Positions 1 to 10,835 are shown, numbered from the stretch's first letter. The stretch: 64,000 nucleotides of DNA from Sphingobacterium sp. (GCA_050281725.1 JBMAAL010000017.1:166-64165); one strand, 5' to 3'. Numbers and translations: made by a program. The notes: generated by a model from the sequence alone, not told the origin.

Positions 1-1080
1 GCCGACCGACAACCAGAATTCACGCAGATAGACTGTGAAATGTCATTTGTAGAACAGGAAGATGTGTTAAATATCTTTGAAGGTCTTGCAAAACATATCT
101 TCAAAACAATCAAGGGGATTGACCTAGGTACTGTTCCACGTATGACTTACGCAGATGCAATGCGCCTCTATGGATCAGACAAACCAGATATCCGTTTCGG
201 AATGCAGTTTGTTGAACTAAACGACGTTGCCAAAGGAAAAGGTTTCCCTGTATTTGATGCAGCGGAGTTGGTGGTTGGTATCAACGCGGAAAATTGTGCA
301 CATTATACAAGAAAACAACTGGATGCATTGACAGATTTTATCAAACGTCCACAGATTGGTGCAACAGGGTTAGTATATGCGCGCATTAATGAAGACGGTT
401 CAGTGAAGTCGTCCGTTGATAAATTTTTCACGCCAGAACAACTGTCCGCAATTGCAGTAGCGTTCCACGCGAAACCTGGCGACCTATTGTTAATTATGGC
501 TGGCGGAACAGACAAAGTTCGCAAACAGCTCAATGAACTACGCCTCGAAGTTGCGTCACAACTTGGTTTCCGCAACAAAGAAACCTTTGCACCATTATGG
601 GTCGTTGATTTTCCATTATTGGAATGGGACGAAGAAAATGGCCGTTTCCATGCCATGCACCACCCATTCACTTCACCAAAACCGGAAGATATCCCACTTT
701 TAGATACCAATCCTGGAGAAGTTAGAGCAAATGCGTATGACTTTGTTTTAAACGGTGTAGAAGTAGGAGGTGGATCAATCCGTATCCATGACAGAGAGCT
801 TCAATCGCTCATGTTCAAACATTTAGGATTCAGCCCTGAAGAAGCAAAAAAACAATTTGGGTTCCTTATGGAGGCCTTCACCTTCGGTGCTCCTCCACAT
901 GGCGGATTGGCTTTTGGTTTTGACCGACTAGTATCCTTATTGGCAGGTTTAGATTCCATCCGCGACGTCATTGCATTCCCAAAAAACAATTCGGGAAGAG
1001 ATGTTATGATTGACGCACCGTCAACCATTCACCAAGAGCAGCTGGACGAGCTAAGCTTGAATATTGCAATAAAAGCATAA
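1..1080 (+). CDS. aspS: aspartate--tRNA ligase, C-terminal part (5' end outside window)
   Basis: Frame 1 is open from base 1 ([16 protein letters not shown] runs into the listed ATG at 40). Class II aaRS motifs present: [47 protein letters not shown]. Confidence 0.95.
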   Translation, partial: ADRQPEFTQIDCEMSFVEQEDVLNIFEGLAKHIFKTIKGIDLGTVPRMTYADAMRLYGSDKPDIRFGMQFVELNDVAKGKGFPVFDAAELVVGINAENCAHYTRKQLDALTDFIKRPQIGATGLVYARINEDGSVKSSVDKFFTPEQLSAIAVAFHAKPGDLLLIMAGGTDKVRKQLNELRLEVASQLGFRNKETFAPLWVVDFPLLEWDEENGRFHAMHHPFTSPKPEDIPLLDTNPGEVRANAYDFVLNGVEVGGGSIRIHDRELQSLMFKHLGFSPEEAKKQFGFLMEAFTFGAPPHGGLAFGFDRLVSLLAGLDSIRDVIAFPKNNSGRDVMIDAPSTIHQEQLDELSLNIAIKA

Positions 1081-1126
1081 ATTATTTAACTCGATTTTCG
1101 AGAAACAATTTATTAACAGTATATTT

Positions 1127-1156
1127 AAAAGTTGGTAATTTTTACCAACTTTTTTT
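1127..1156 (+). terminator. intrinsic terminator after aspS
   Basis: Perfect 12-bp stem AAAAGTTGGTAA/TTACCAACTTTT with a 3-nt loop, running into a T tract. Confidence 0.8.
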
Positions 1157-1176
1157 GTGAAAAATTAGCAGATTAG

Positions 1177-2565
1177 ATGGCAGAGAGTACCGCTAATACG
1201 TTTATTAAGGAAAGTGCGCAAAAAGCATTTGACACCAAACACCGCGATATTATCAATTACAATATCGACAAATACAGCATGGCTTTCGAAAAAGGCAAGA
1301 GCAAATTTGCGGACCTTGAAAATAGCAAGATAAAAGCGAACCTGATCAAATGGAAGGTCATGGAAAATCTCGATCGCTATTTGTTGCAATTTGAAGCAAA
1401 CTTCACGGCTCGAGGCGGAAAAGTAATCTGGGCCAATGACGCGACGGAAGCCTTGGACGAAATCTATTCGATCATTGCACGTAAAAAAGCAAAATCTGTA
1501 GTAAAGTCAAAATCGATGGCGACGGAAGAGATCGAGCTTAATCATTTTCTGGCCTCCAAAAATATTGAAGCCATAGAAACTGATCTTGGCGAGTATATCA
1601 TTCAGCTTCTGGATCAAAAACCTTATCATTTTGTTACGCCGGCCATGCATTTGAGCCTGGAAGATATTGCCAAGCTTTTTCACGAGAAATTTGACACACC
1701 GCTAGATGCATCTGCGGAACAGCTTACAATGAAGGCCCGTGAATTACTTCGAGATCGCTACCTATCGGCAGAAGTTGGAATTACTGGAGCCAATTTCTTA
1801 ATTGCTGAAACTGGAAGTATAGCAATTACCGAAAATGAAGGAAACGCCCGATTGACATCGACCTTCCCCAAAACACATATTGCCGTTGTTGGAATAGAAA
1901 AAATCATTCCCAACCTACAAGATTTAGAAGTCTTTTGGCCACTCCTATCCACACATGGCACGGGCCAAAATCTAACGGTATACAACACACTACTCACTGG
2001 GCCGAAACAGCCTTATGAATCAGATGGCCCCGAAGAAATGTATGTTATACTGCTTGACAATGGCCGCAGCAAGCTCTTAGCGCAAAAAGAACAACGTCAA
2101 GGTTTATACTGCATCCGTTGTGGTGCCTGTTTGAATGTATGTCCAATCTATCAGAACATCGGTGGACATACCTATGAAACGACATATCAAGGCCCAATTG
2201 GATCGCTCATATCGCCACATTTGAATGGCATGAAGGAATTTAAACACCTAAGCTACGCTTCCACACTCTGTGGAAAATGTACAGAGGTCTGCCCCGTTGG
2301 TATTGACATACAGCGCATGCTTCTCGTCAACAGAAAAGATTCAGTTGATCAGGGTCTGGCAACAAAAACGGAACAAAAAGTATGGCAATGGTTCACCTAT
2401 GGGATAATGCGCAGAAAACTAATCGATTTTTTTGGTGGGAAATTCAAAAATTTCTTTCTCAAAAAACTCTTTCAGAAAACCTGGGGAGATCAACGGGAGT
2501 TACCCAAATTGGCCGATAAATCCTTCTCCAAACAATGGAAAGAACATCAAAAAAATAAAGAATAA
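1177..2565 (+). CDS. lutB: LutB/LldF-type LUD-domain iron-sulfur protein
   Basis: Two ferredoxin-type Cys clusters (CIRCGACLNVCPIY, CGKCTEVCPVGIDI) follow a LUD-like core (GITGANFLIAETGSIAITENEGNARL). Length of 462 aa fits the family. Confidence 0.7.
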   Translation: MAESTANTFIKESAQKAFDTKHRDIINYNIDKYSMAFEKGKSKFADLENSKIKANLIKWKVMENLDRYLLQFEANFTARGGKVIWANDATEALDEIYSIIARKKAKSVVKSKSMATEEIELNHFLASKNIEAIETDLGEYIIQLLDQKPYHFVTPAMHLSLEDIAKLFHEKFDTPLDASAEQLTMKARELLRDRYLSAEVGITGANFLIAETGSIAITENEGNARLTSTFPKTHIAVVGIEKIIPNLQDLEVFWPLLSTHGTGQNLTVYNTLLTGPKQPYESDGPEEMYVILLDNGRSKLLAQKEQRQGLYCIRCGACLNVCPIYQNIGGHTYETTYQGPIGSLISPHLNGMKEFKHLSYASTLCGKCTEVCPVGIDIQRMLLVNRKDSVDQGLATKTEQKVWQWFTYGIMRRKLIDFFGGKFKNFFLKKLFQKTWGDQRELPKLADKSFSKQWKEHQKNKE

Positions 2566-2597
2566 CAAAAAAGAAAGAGGGAACCAATGGTTCCCTC
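2566..2597 (-). terminator. intrinsic terminator for the minus-strand LTXXQ gene
   Basis: 9-bp GC-rich stem GAGGGAACC/GGTTCCCTC (2577-2597) with a 3-nt loop. On the minus strand it is followed by TTTCTTTTTTG. There is no T tract on the plus side. Confidence 0.6.
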
Positions 2598-2648
2598 CTC
2601 TACTAACACTCACCACTATTTAATATGAAAACTATCCTTGTTTAATTG

Positions 2649-3155
2649 TTATGATGCTTTTACTTCAGCGTCATTTGTTTTATTCACTTCTTCTTTTCTA
2701 AAGTCCTTTCTTTTCAGCTGTCTGTCTTTTTTCCAATGTTCTTTATGCATTTTACGATTTTCAGCGTAGGAATCCTTTAACGTTTTTTGTTGCTCTGGAG
2801 TTAACATTCCCATCATTTTTTCATGTTCTGCCACACGTTGTTTTTTCATTTTTGCTCGATGTTCTTTGTGTTCAGCAGCTAATTTCTGATGGTCCTTTGC
2901 TTGCTTCAAATTAAAAGCATAGATATCTTTACGCTGTTTATCTGTAAATTTCAACTTTTGATCCATGCGATCAGTTTTCATCATAGCAACTTCCTCTGGA
3001 GTTTTATTTTTAAAACCATCGTGCACCCTTCCCATTTTATGTTTATGTACCGAAGTTTGCACTTCGTTCATTTCTGGTTTAACATCTTTTTTTTCTTGAG
3101 CGAAACCGGCTAACATCAATCCAGATAACGCCAAACTTAACACCAACTTTTTCAT
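2649..3155 (-). CDS. periplasmic Spy/CpxP-like LTXXQ-motif protein
   Basis: Signal peptide MKKLVLSLALSGLMLAGFA, a Lys/Glu-rich helical body and the LTPEQQ motif. I prefer the ATG at 3155 to the ORF-track start at 3185 because it yields a clean signal peptide. Confidence 0.55.
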   Translation of the reverse strand: MKKLVLSLALSGLMLAGFAQEKKDVKPEMNEVQTSVHKHKMGRVHDGFKNKTPEEVAMMKTDRMDQKLKFTDKQRKDIYAFNLKQAKDHQKLAAEHKEHRAKMKKQRVAEHEKMMGMLTPEQQKTLKDSYAENRKMHKEHWKKDRQLKRKDFRKEEVNKTNDAEVKAS

Positions 3156-3285
3156 TTCTTTATTTTTTATAAAACCAACAATCATTCATTTTAATAAGTA
3201 CTCTTTTTCAACTTATTTATCAGTAAGAGTCGTCTCGGCTATCGAAAGTTTAATTGATGATCTGTTAAATAAAGTTAAGAAGCAT

Positions 3286-4194
3286 TTATTGTGAGACAGC
3301 ACTTAAACGGATCGGTAAAGTATACGCTACACGCACTTTAAGTCCATTTTGTACTCCAGGTTTCCATTTTTTCGCTTTCTTCAATAAGTTTATCGCAGCA
3401 TCTCCCGTACCAAATTTCATATCACGTTTAACAGCAATATCTGTTAGTGATCCATCTTTTTCAACGACAAAAGAAACCTCTATAACACCAGATACCCCCT
3501 GATCCAAAGCCTGTTGTGGAAAGTTGTAATTCTCGGCGATCCACTTCATAAAGGCAGGCAGTCCCCCTACTGGTGTTGGCATAATTTCTACAGATGTAAA
3601 TGTATTGTTAGAATTATCGTCGGTTCCACCTCCCGATAATGAACCATCTTTAGTACCAGTAATATCACCATCTCTTTTTGAAGAACCAAATTCACCGCGC
3701 GCAATATATGTTCCTGATGGACTTGCTTTCAATGTGATCCTTGAGGTCATTGTATTGGGGTTTTTCAACTCATCCTGACTCACAAGCTCTTCCGTAACCC
3801 TACTCGCTGCGGTCACTTTTATATCGGGCATCCTAACTAGATCAAATTTGGATACATCTTGGGCAACCTGCTGCGGGGCTTTCTCCTGCATCATGATAGG
3901 CTCTTCAGGAACCTCCTCTTTTTCCTCCACCTTCTTTTGAATTTCTTCCAGCATGTCGGGTCCAATATCTTGTACTTCATAAATCACGGCCGGAACAGTT
4001 TGCTTAAAATATTTATTATATGTATAGGATCCAGCGATTAGCAAAACTGCAAAAGAAACAACAATTCCTAACCCCATATTTGTTGCTCTATCAGAGAGAT
4101 TTCGCAACTCGTAAGCACCGTACATTTTGTTGCGACCAGCAAAAATAACGTCCAGCCATTCTTTGCGGTAGATATTCAATTTAGAGTTCATCAT
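3286..4194 (-). CDS. energy transducer TonB family protein
   Basis: N-terminal anchor (YGAYELR...VVSFAVLLIAG), acidic/Pro linker (EEKEEVPEEPIMMQEKAPQQ) and TonB_C-like end (GVSGVIEVSFVVEKDGSLTDIAV). Confidence 0.8.
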   Translation of the reverse strand: MMNSKLNIYRKEWLDVIFAGRNKMYGAYELRNLSDRATNMGLGIVVSFAVLLIAGSYTYNKYFKQTVPAVIYEVQDIGPDMLEEIQKKVEEKEEVPEEPIMMQEKAPQQVAQDVSKFDLVRMPDIKVTAASRVTEELVSQDELKNPNTMTSRITLKASPSGTYIARGEFGSSKRDGDITGTKDGSLSGGGTDDNSNNTFTSVEIMPTPVGGLPAFMKWIAENYNFPQQALDQGVSGVIEVSFVVEKDGSLTDIAVKRDMKFGTGDAAINLLKKAKKWKPGVQNGLKVRVAYTLPIRLSAVSQ

Positions 4195-4266
4195 AACATT
4201 AAAGTTTAAATCTTTTCATTATGATGAGCGAAAGCCTTATATTTCACAAAAAAATTCAAAATACTT

Positions 4267-5088
4267 ATGAAGTCACTTTTTTCAGCTATTTTTCTACTTA
4301 CATTGTATGCTTGCGGTAATAATCAAAATCAATCCAAAACTGCAATCAAGCACGAAAACAAGGAAAAGACTATTTCGCCATATTTTGGTTTTTTAAACCA
4401 ACAAAAAGATTCACTTATCGCTTTACCTATGGACCAAGCGATGGAAGGCCCCGAAAAATACAACTATGTGATTGTGGAAAATCAGGTAAGCCCGCTTGAA
4501 TTTGTTCAGAATAAAATGGACAACAAAGAGAGTAACGGAAGACAGACCGCCCAGAACTTTGCGAATAGTGAAGGGTCATTGTTTAAAATTAGCGATGCGA
4601 TCAAGTCTGGCGAATTTGGTATGCTTGTCAACAAAGCTTTTATAGATCAGTATAAAATTGAAAAATTTACAAAAGTTCAAAAAGAAACTTCTCCAGAGAT
4701 TAAGGAACAGCTTGAGAAGAAATACAATAGGAAGATTAATAAAAGTACGACAGTTGCCATCCTCAGTGATCAATCCGAGTTTAATCTTACCGTGTTTGAA
4801 AATCAGCAAGACTCTGCTTTAGCTGTATTTTCCTACGCAAAGGATGAACAGCTGATAAATTTGGATTTTCCGGCTCTATACGATGATATCAGCACTTGGC
4901 GTGTTGATGATGGCGGTCAGTTTGACAACGAGGCTTTTCAGATACTAACCGTATTGCGTTCTGAGCAAGGAATTAGTTTTATCAGCATTTTTTGGGGTGC
5001 TGAGGGGTATGAACTGAACTTTTACCAGCCAAAGAAAGATTTATTTATCTCTGCGGCACAAGCCTATGGGTACAGTTCCCCCTTATAA
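4267..5088 (+). CDS. hypothetical lipoprotein
   Basis: Lipobox LLTLYAC at the N-terminus. No family motif recognised. Confidence 0.55.
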   Translation: MKSLFSAIFLLTLYACGNNQNQSKTAIKHENKEKTISPYFGFLNQQKDSLIALPMDQAMEGPEKYNYVIVENQVSPLEFVQNKMDNKESNGRQTAQNFANSEGSLFKISDAIKSGEFGMLVNKAFIDQYKIEKFTKVQKETSPEIKEQLEKKYNRKINKSTTVAILSDQSEFNLTVFENQQDSALAVFSYAKDEQLINLDFPALYDDISTWRVDDGGQFDNEAFQILTVLRSEQGISFISIFWGAEGYELNFYQPKKDLFISAAQAYGYSSPL

Positions 5089-5106
5089 ATAAATAAACAA
5101 TTTTAA

Positions 5107-5141
5107 GTTTCCCCGGCACCAAAGGATAGTGTTCGGGGAAA
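5107..5141. terminator. GC-rich hairpin between convergent genes (possible terminator)
   Basis: Stem GTTTCCCCG/CGGGGAAAC (9 bp) with a 17-nt loop. U tracts are weak on both strands. Confidence 0.35.
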
Positions 5142-5159
5142 CTCATATACCCGTTTTAA

Positions 5160-6161
5160 CTACAGATGCATCCTAGCCATAGGAGCAACGTCCTGTCCTA
5201 CGAAATCTTTCTTTAAAAATTTATGATATCCGGCAATGGCAATCATCGCTGCATTATCAGTACAATATTCAAATTTTGGAATAAACACTCTCCAATTGTA
5301 TTTTTCCCCCATTTCAATTAAGCTTTGTCTAAGGCCGGAATTAGCCGAAACGCCACCTGCAATGGCAATATCCTTTACACCTGTTTCCTTTGCTGCTTTC
5401 TTTAGTTTATTCAGCAGGATTGATACAATACGCGATTGTACACTAGCACATAAGTCGGCCATATGATGTGTCAGAAAATCTGGGTTCTGCTTCAATTGAT
5501 CTTGAACCAAATATAATATCGCGGTTTTCAATCCTGAAAAACTAAAATTAAGCCCTGGAATCTGTGGTTCGGGTAGCTTATAAGCGGCTGAATTACCTTC
5601 TCTTGCAAATTTATCGATAAGCGGTCCACCGGGATAAGGTAGATTCAGGATTTTAGCTGTTTTATCAAAAGCCTCTCCTGCCGCGTCATCCAATGTTTCT
5701 CCCAAAAGTTCCATTTCAAAATAATCTTTCACCAATACAATTTGCGTATGACCACCAGAAACAGTAAGACATAAAAACGGAAAATTCGGCTTCGGATCCT
5801 CAATAAAATGAGCCAGAATATGCGCCTGCATATGGTTTATGTCAATTAAAGGGATATTCTGTGCAAGTGCAAATGATTTTGCAAATGATGTTCCTACCAA
5901 AAGTGCACCTAATAATCCAGGCCCACGCGTAAAACTCACTGCATCTATTTGATTTTTGCTTACTTTTGCTTGGCGAATGGCTTCTTCCACTGTTGGAATA
6001 ATATTTTGTTGATGAGCACGTGAAGCGAGCTCGGGAATCACTCCACCATATTTTGCGTGGATTGCCTGAGTTGCAATAACATTTGAACGAATTTCACCGT
6101 TAATACAGATAGAAGCGGAGGTTTCATCACAAGAGGATTCAATCCCTAAAATAATAGCCAT
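5160..6161 (-). CDS. tsaD: tRNA N6-adenosine threonylcarbamoyltransferase TsaD
   Basis: GIESSCDETS, HMQAHILAH metal motif, GGVSANSGLR; 333 aa. Confidence 0.95.
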   Translation of the reverse strand: MAIILGIESSCDETSASICINGEIRSNVIATQAIHAKYGGVIPELASRAHQQNIIPTVEEAIRQAKVSKNQIDAVSFTRGPGLLGALLVGTSFAKSFALAQNIPLIDINHMQAHILAHFIEDPKPNFPFLCLTVSGGHTQIVLVKDYFEMELLGETLDDAAGEAFDKTAKILNLPYPGGPLIDKFAREGNSAAYKLPEPQIPGLNFSFSGLKTAILYLVQDQLKQNPDFLTHHMADLCASVQSRIVSILLNKLKKAAKETGVKDIAIAGGVSANSGLRQSLIEMGEKYNWRVFIPKFEYCTDNAAMIAIAGYHKFLKKDFVGQDVAPMARMHL

Positions 6162-6185
6162 AGCTTGAGGTAATAAATTTTAATA

Positions 6186-6193
6186 CAAAAGTA
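6186..6193 (-). promoter_or_regulatory. candidate -7 promoter box for tsaD
   Basis: TACTTTTG on the minus strand matches the Bacteroidota sigma-A -7 consensus TAnnTTTG, about 25 nt upstream of the ATG. Motif-only call. Confidence 0.35.
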
Positions 6194-6213
6194 TCAAAAA
6201 AATAATTAAAATA

Positions 6214-9200
6214 GTGTCAATAGTCCTTGGTAGTATATTCATTATACTGCTTGCATTGGCGTTATCCCTACAGTTGAAACCGGTACAAAATTATGTTGCC
6301 CAAAAAGCTGTCGACTATTTATCCAACGAACTAAACACCAAAATAAGCCTCAAAAGTATCTATTTCAAACCTTTTAAATCTATTGTAGTAGAAGATTTTC
6401 AACTCTATAGTCCACAGGGAAAAGAAATATTAAAATCAGGAAGGTTAGAAGCCAACGTCAACCTTTCTCAGTTCATTGAACTGAACAAGATTGTGATCAA
6501 CAAACTAACCATTGAGGATACCCAAGCTACTTTTGAGCAATTCAAGGACAGCTCAAATATCTCATTTTTAATTCGTTATTTCGCCCCACCTAAGAAAGAA
6601 AAAAAGAAAAGTTCAAAAAAAATCATCTTCGATATAAAGGAGCTTATTATTAAGAACAATGCATTTAGCTATGTTAACCATAGACGTAAGCATTACAATA
6701 AAGTGGTCGATTTTGGAGATTTAGGAGTTTCCAAACTTAACGCCCATTTTGACAAGATAAAAATAGATTCCAATCAAATTTCTGCGAACATCAAGACGTT
6801 CAATCTTCGCGAAAAGAAAGGTCTAGTGATCAAAGGCCTTCTTGGCCAAACGACGGTAAGCAAGACAAGCATCGAACTCAGCGAGTTTATGCTAGCCACC
6901 AATCGTTCTACATTCAAAAATTACATCAAGCTTAGCTACAACAGTTTTGACGATTTTTCGGACTTCATCAATAAAGTTCATGTAAAACTTCGTGCTCGGG
7001 ACTCCCGTATTCACTCCGAGGATATTGCTTTCTTTTCTTCACCTATGCACCAAGTCCAATTTGACGTCAATATCAAGCGCGCAAATTTAGAAGGAACGGT
7101 ATCTTCTATAAACGCATCACAGGTCGATTTAACAATTGGAAAAAAAACTAGTTTGGCAGGTGAGCTTCAGATTATCGGTCTACCAGATATTGACAAAACT
7201 AAATTTATTGTTCCCAGTGTAGCAATTTCATCTGAGCACAAAGACTTAAATGCCGTTATTAGCGATCTCGGAAATCTAAAAAATTTTAAACTCCCTGAAA
7301 TTGTCCAGATATTCGACAAATTTTCATTCAAAGGTAGCCTAAATGGGTTATACAATAAATTTAAGACCAAGGGAGTTTTTACGACTGCGATCGGTAATGT
7401 TGAGGCGGACGCCTTATTGGATATCCAGAAGGAAATAAAATATGTAGGCAATTTTCAATCTAAAAAGTTCGATGTAGGTACGATAACAAAATTAAAAGAT
7501 CTGGGAACTACAGGCTTCAATCTACAGGTTGACGGAACAGGTACCGACCCTAAGAAACTGAGCTTAAAAATAAAAGGAGATCTCAATAATTTCAATTTCA
7601 AGAATTACAGCTATCAACATATACAAATTGAAGGAAATACAGATAAACAGTTAGTTCTTGCTTCTGGACAAATTTATGATCCAAATTTAAAACTACAGTT
7701 TACCACAGATATCGATTGGTCTGTCAAACCCAACTATCACCTGGATGCTGATATCCAACAAGCTAATCTAAAAAAACTCAACTTCTTTCAGGGGGATTCC
7801 ATCAATATTATTAACACGAAATTCCACACCAGTTTAATTGGGGACAACATCAATAATATTACCGGTGAATTTAAATCAGACAGTGTCAATTTCACTTCCT
7901 CTAAGGGTCAATTCGTCATTCGCAACATCAATTTCCTCGCCGAAGGGGATGAAAATGCACGCTCCCTAACCTTGCAGTCGGCTATCGGACACATTGATCT
8001 CAAAGGAAGAATAGACCTCAATACAATTGTTCCCTATTTTAAAGCTTTAGCCATGCGCTACGCTCCGGCAATCGGGTTTGAAAACAACACTTTTAATCGC
8101 CAGGACTTTGACCTGAATATTAATATAACTTCTTTTAAGCCAATCGCAACATTCTTCCGAAAGGACATTGCTTTAGACAGCGGTGCGACGCTCAATGCAA
8201 AATTTGAAAGTGAAAAGCAAACGGCTAGTTTTAATTTTTACGTACCCGAATTCAAATATAATGGTATTAGGTTAACTCACCTGATTGTGGATCAAAATGC
8301 CAATTTGAAAAATATGGAATTGCAGACCTCCATCGATCGCATCAATTTTACCGATAGTACCTATATTAAAAACGTCAATATTTCAAACACCTTGGCAAAC
8401 GACAGTTTACAATTCAACATCAAAATGTCGGAACTTGAAGCAAGCAATAGTCTGGATCTGAATGGTGTTATACGCTTTGCCCATGCCAAACCTGCCTATA
8501 TCAATTTCTATCCATCGAATATCTTAATCAATAGAGAGCGATGGCTTGTCAATAATGATGCACAATTGAAAATATCGAAAGGCAAATGGTACTTTGAAAA
8601 ACTGACACTGAGTCATGACGAACAAAAAGTTCATATCGACGGCATCCTGTCCAACGAAGTCAGTGATCAGATCAATCTCAAATTTCAGGACTTTAATCTG
8701 ACGTCCTTAAATGGGATCACCAAACCCCATGGCATCAATCTCTCTGGAAATTTAAATGGAAATATTGAAGTTAATTCCGTATTCAAAGCTCCTTTTATTG
8801 TGGCCAATATAAAAACATCTCCTATCCTCTATAACAATATTCCGATCGGCTCATTAGCACTGAATGCAAATTACGATCCCGAAAATCAATTGGTTAAACT
8901 AGACAGTAAGATAGAAGAAGGCAACAAATTGATTCAGTTGAAAGGTTCCTATAACCACCTAAGCGAAAACAATAAGCTTAATCTGAAAGCTAAACTAGAA
9001 AATACCGATGTATTTGTTTTTCAGCCATTTTTAAGAAGCCTGGTATCTAATATTCAGGGCAAGATCAATGCAGATCTTGCTATTGAAGGAGACATCCTGA
9101 ATCCCAAAATTACCGGTTCTGGAAAATTGGATAACGCTTCGATGGTTATCAATTACCTAAAAACGCCATACCGGCTTTCTGACGAAATTGCAGTTACCAA

Positions 9201-10593
9201 TAACCGAATCTTTTTGACAGGACTAAAAGTATACGATCCCAAAAACAATGTAGCAACCATTGATGGCGTTGTCGATCTCAACAAACTGAGTGATCCCGAT
9301 ATCGATGTAACTGCAGAAGCGAAGAATTTCCTGGTATTAAATACCACAATGAAGGACAATAATGTATATTATGGCACAGCTTATGCTTCGGGCACTTTTC
9401 AGTTTAAAGGACTAACTTCTGCCATGAACATCAATATACGGGCTAAATCCGAAGAAAACACGATTATTAATATTCCCTTTAATAGTGCCAGTACAATCTC
9501 AGATACGGACTTTATCTACTTTATTGAGAAAGACTCGACCAAAACAAAGAAAAACGTTAAGAAACGAGATTTCAACGGTCTGACGATGAATATGGACCTC
9601 TTGATCAACCCGAATGCAGAAATAAATCTATTCTCCAGTATGGGCGAGTTATCAGGAAGGGGAAATAGCAATCTCAACATGCGGATATCTTCATTGGGAG
9701 ATTTTGAAATGTTTGGGGATTTTATCATAAACAGTGGAAAATTCAATTTCACCGCTCAAGATTATATCAACAAGATTTTTGATCTCAAAGAAGGCGGAAC
9801 AGTACGATGGGCAGGAAACCCAACCGAAGCGAATATTAATATCAATGCCATCTACCAACAAAGAACAAGCTTAGCGCCTTTGTATAATGCTGCAGGCCGG
9901 GAAGAAAATCCGGAACGTGTATTGGCACAGGCCGACATGATCCTAAAAGGGCAGTTAAGCCAGCCGGAAATCACGTTTGACATCAACTTTCCGCAAAACC
10001 CCGGGGTTAAGGATGAACTGCAAGGATACTTCTCAGATGCCAACAATGTCAATCAACAGGCGCTTAGTCTAATCGTGAGACGAAGTTTCACACCTGGCAC
10101 ACAGACAGACTTTGGTAAAGAAGTCAATAACACCTTGCTATCTGCAGGAACTGAAATAGCATTCAACCAAATCAACAACATCATAGCCCAATCGCTAAAC
10201 ATCAATTTCTTTGATATTAATATCAAATCTTTAAATGACGCATCCGCCTCGCTGCGTCTATTCAACGACCGACTTGTTTTGACAGGAGGTATCTCCGACC
10301 GTAGAAGTCAGGCGCTAACAGATTTGAATGTTTTTTCAGATCGCGTCTCAACCGATGCCGAGGCTATGTTTTATTTGAGAAAAGATGGACGTTTGGTCCT
10401 CCGGGCTTCCAATCGATTAAATACACGCAACTTTCTTCTTAGCCCCAACGACGGCGAATATATCAGTGCTTTCGGGTTACTCTATCGGCAGGAATTTAAC
10501 ACCTTCTCAGAGTTCTTGAAGAGGCTATTCCCTTTTGGCAAGAAGAATATAACGACAGCTCCTGCTGAAACAAAGAAAAGCAAGGTCAATTAA
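6214..10593 (+). CDS. translocation/assembly module TamB-like protein
   Basis: 1459-aa ORF with a GTG start, a single N-terminal TM (IFIILLALALSLQL) and a long repetitive beta-rich body. The family call rests on size and architecture only. Confidence 0.75.
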   Translation: MSIVLGSIFIILLALALSLQLKPVQNYVAQKAVDYLSNELNTKISLKSIYFKPFKSIVVEDFQLYSPQGKEILKSGRLEANVNLSQFIELNKIVINKLTIEDTQATFEQFKDSSNISFLIRYFAPPKKEKKKSSKKIIFDIKELIIKNNAFSYVNHRRKHYNKVVDFGDLGVSKLNAHFDKIKIDSNQISANIKTFNLREKKGLVIKGLLGQTTVSKTSIELSEFMLATNRSTFKNYIKLSYNSFDDFSDFINKVHVKLRARDSRIHSEDIAFFSSPMHQVQFDVNIKRANLEGTVSSINASQVDLTIGKKTSLAGELQIIGLPDIDKTKFIVPSVAISSEHKDLNAVISDLGNLKNFKLPEIVQIFDKFSFKGSLNGLYNKFKTKGVFTTAIGNVEADALLDIQKEIKYVGNFQSKKFDVGTITKLKDLGTTGFNLQVDGTGTDPKKLSLKIKGDLNNFNFKNYSYQHIQIEGNTDKQLVLASGQIYDPNLKLQFTTDIDWSVKPNYHLDADIQQANLKKLNFFQGDSINIINTKFHTSLIGDNINNITGEFKSDSVNFTSSKGQFVIRNINFLAEGDENARSLTLQSAIGHIDLKGRIDLNTIVPYFKALAMRYAPAIGFENNTFNRQDFDLNINITSFKPIATFFRKDIALDSGATLNAKFESEKQTASFNFYVPEFKYNGIRLTHLIVDQNANLKNMELQTSIDRINFTDSTYIKNVNISNTLANDSLQFNIKMSELEASNSLDLNGVIRFAHAKPAYINFYPSNILINRERWLVNNDAQLKISKGKWYFEKLTLSHDEQKVHIDGILSNEVSDQINLKFQDFNLTSLNGITKPHGINLSGNLNGNIEVNSVFKAPFIVANIKTSPILYNNIPIGSLALNANYDPENQLVKLDSKIEEGNKLIQLKGSYNHLSENNKLNLKAKLENTDVFVFQPFLRSLVSNIQGKINADLAIEGDILNPKITGSGKLDNASMVINYLKTPYRLSDEIAVTNNRIFLTGLKVYDPKNNVATIDGVVDLNKLSDPDIDVTAEAKNFLVLNTTMKDNNVYYGTAYASGTFQFKGLTSAMNINIRAKSEENTIINIPFNSASTISDTDFIYFIEKDSTKTKKNVKKRDFNGLTMNMDLLINPNAEINLFSSMGELSGRGNSNLNMRISSLGDFEMFGDFIINSGKFNFTAQDYINKIFDLKEGGTVRWAGNPTEANININAIYQQRTSLAPLYNAAGREENPERVLAQADMILKGQLSQPEITFDINFPQNPGVKDELQGYFSDANNVNQQALSLIVRRSFTPGTQTDFGKEVNNTLLSAGTEIAFNQINNIIAQSLNINFFDINIKSLNDASASLRLFNDRLVLTGGISDRRSQALTDLNVFSDRVSTDAEAMFYLRKDGRLVLRASNRLNTRNFLLSPNDGEYISAFGLLYRQEFNTFSEFLKRLFPFGKKNITTAPAETKKSKVN

Positions 10594-10826
10594 CCTTTCT
10601 GAATAATCCCGTTGCTGTCTCGAAAGGTCACTTCCAACTCCAGCAGATCGCTTTCAATGCTGGCAGTAAAACTCCTTATCCCAACCGCATTGTCCTTATT
10701 CCAGAAGCCCGCCTCGATTCCACCAGTAGATCTTTTCCCGCGTTATATATCTGCCTATACAGGCGATCTGTCGATGATCTGAACACCAATAAACGAATAG
10801 TGTTTAAGCCGCTGCCAGACTGCACT
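10590..10826 (-). pseudogene. possible decayed small gene (two coding-like frames, no intact ORF)
   Basis: Minus-strand frames read VQSGSGLNTIRLLVFRSSTDRLYRQIYNAGK.. and ..KRSTGGIEAGFWNKDNAVGIRSFTASIESDLLELEVTFRDSNGIIQKG*. They are joined only by a frameshift near GGGAAAAGA. GC looks higher than neighbouring spacers. Confidence 0.25.
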
Positions 10827-10835
10827 TTAATAAAA

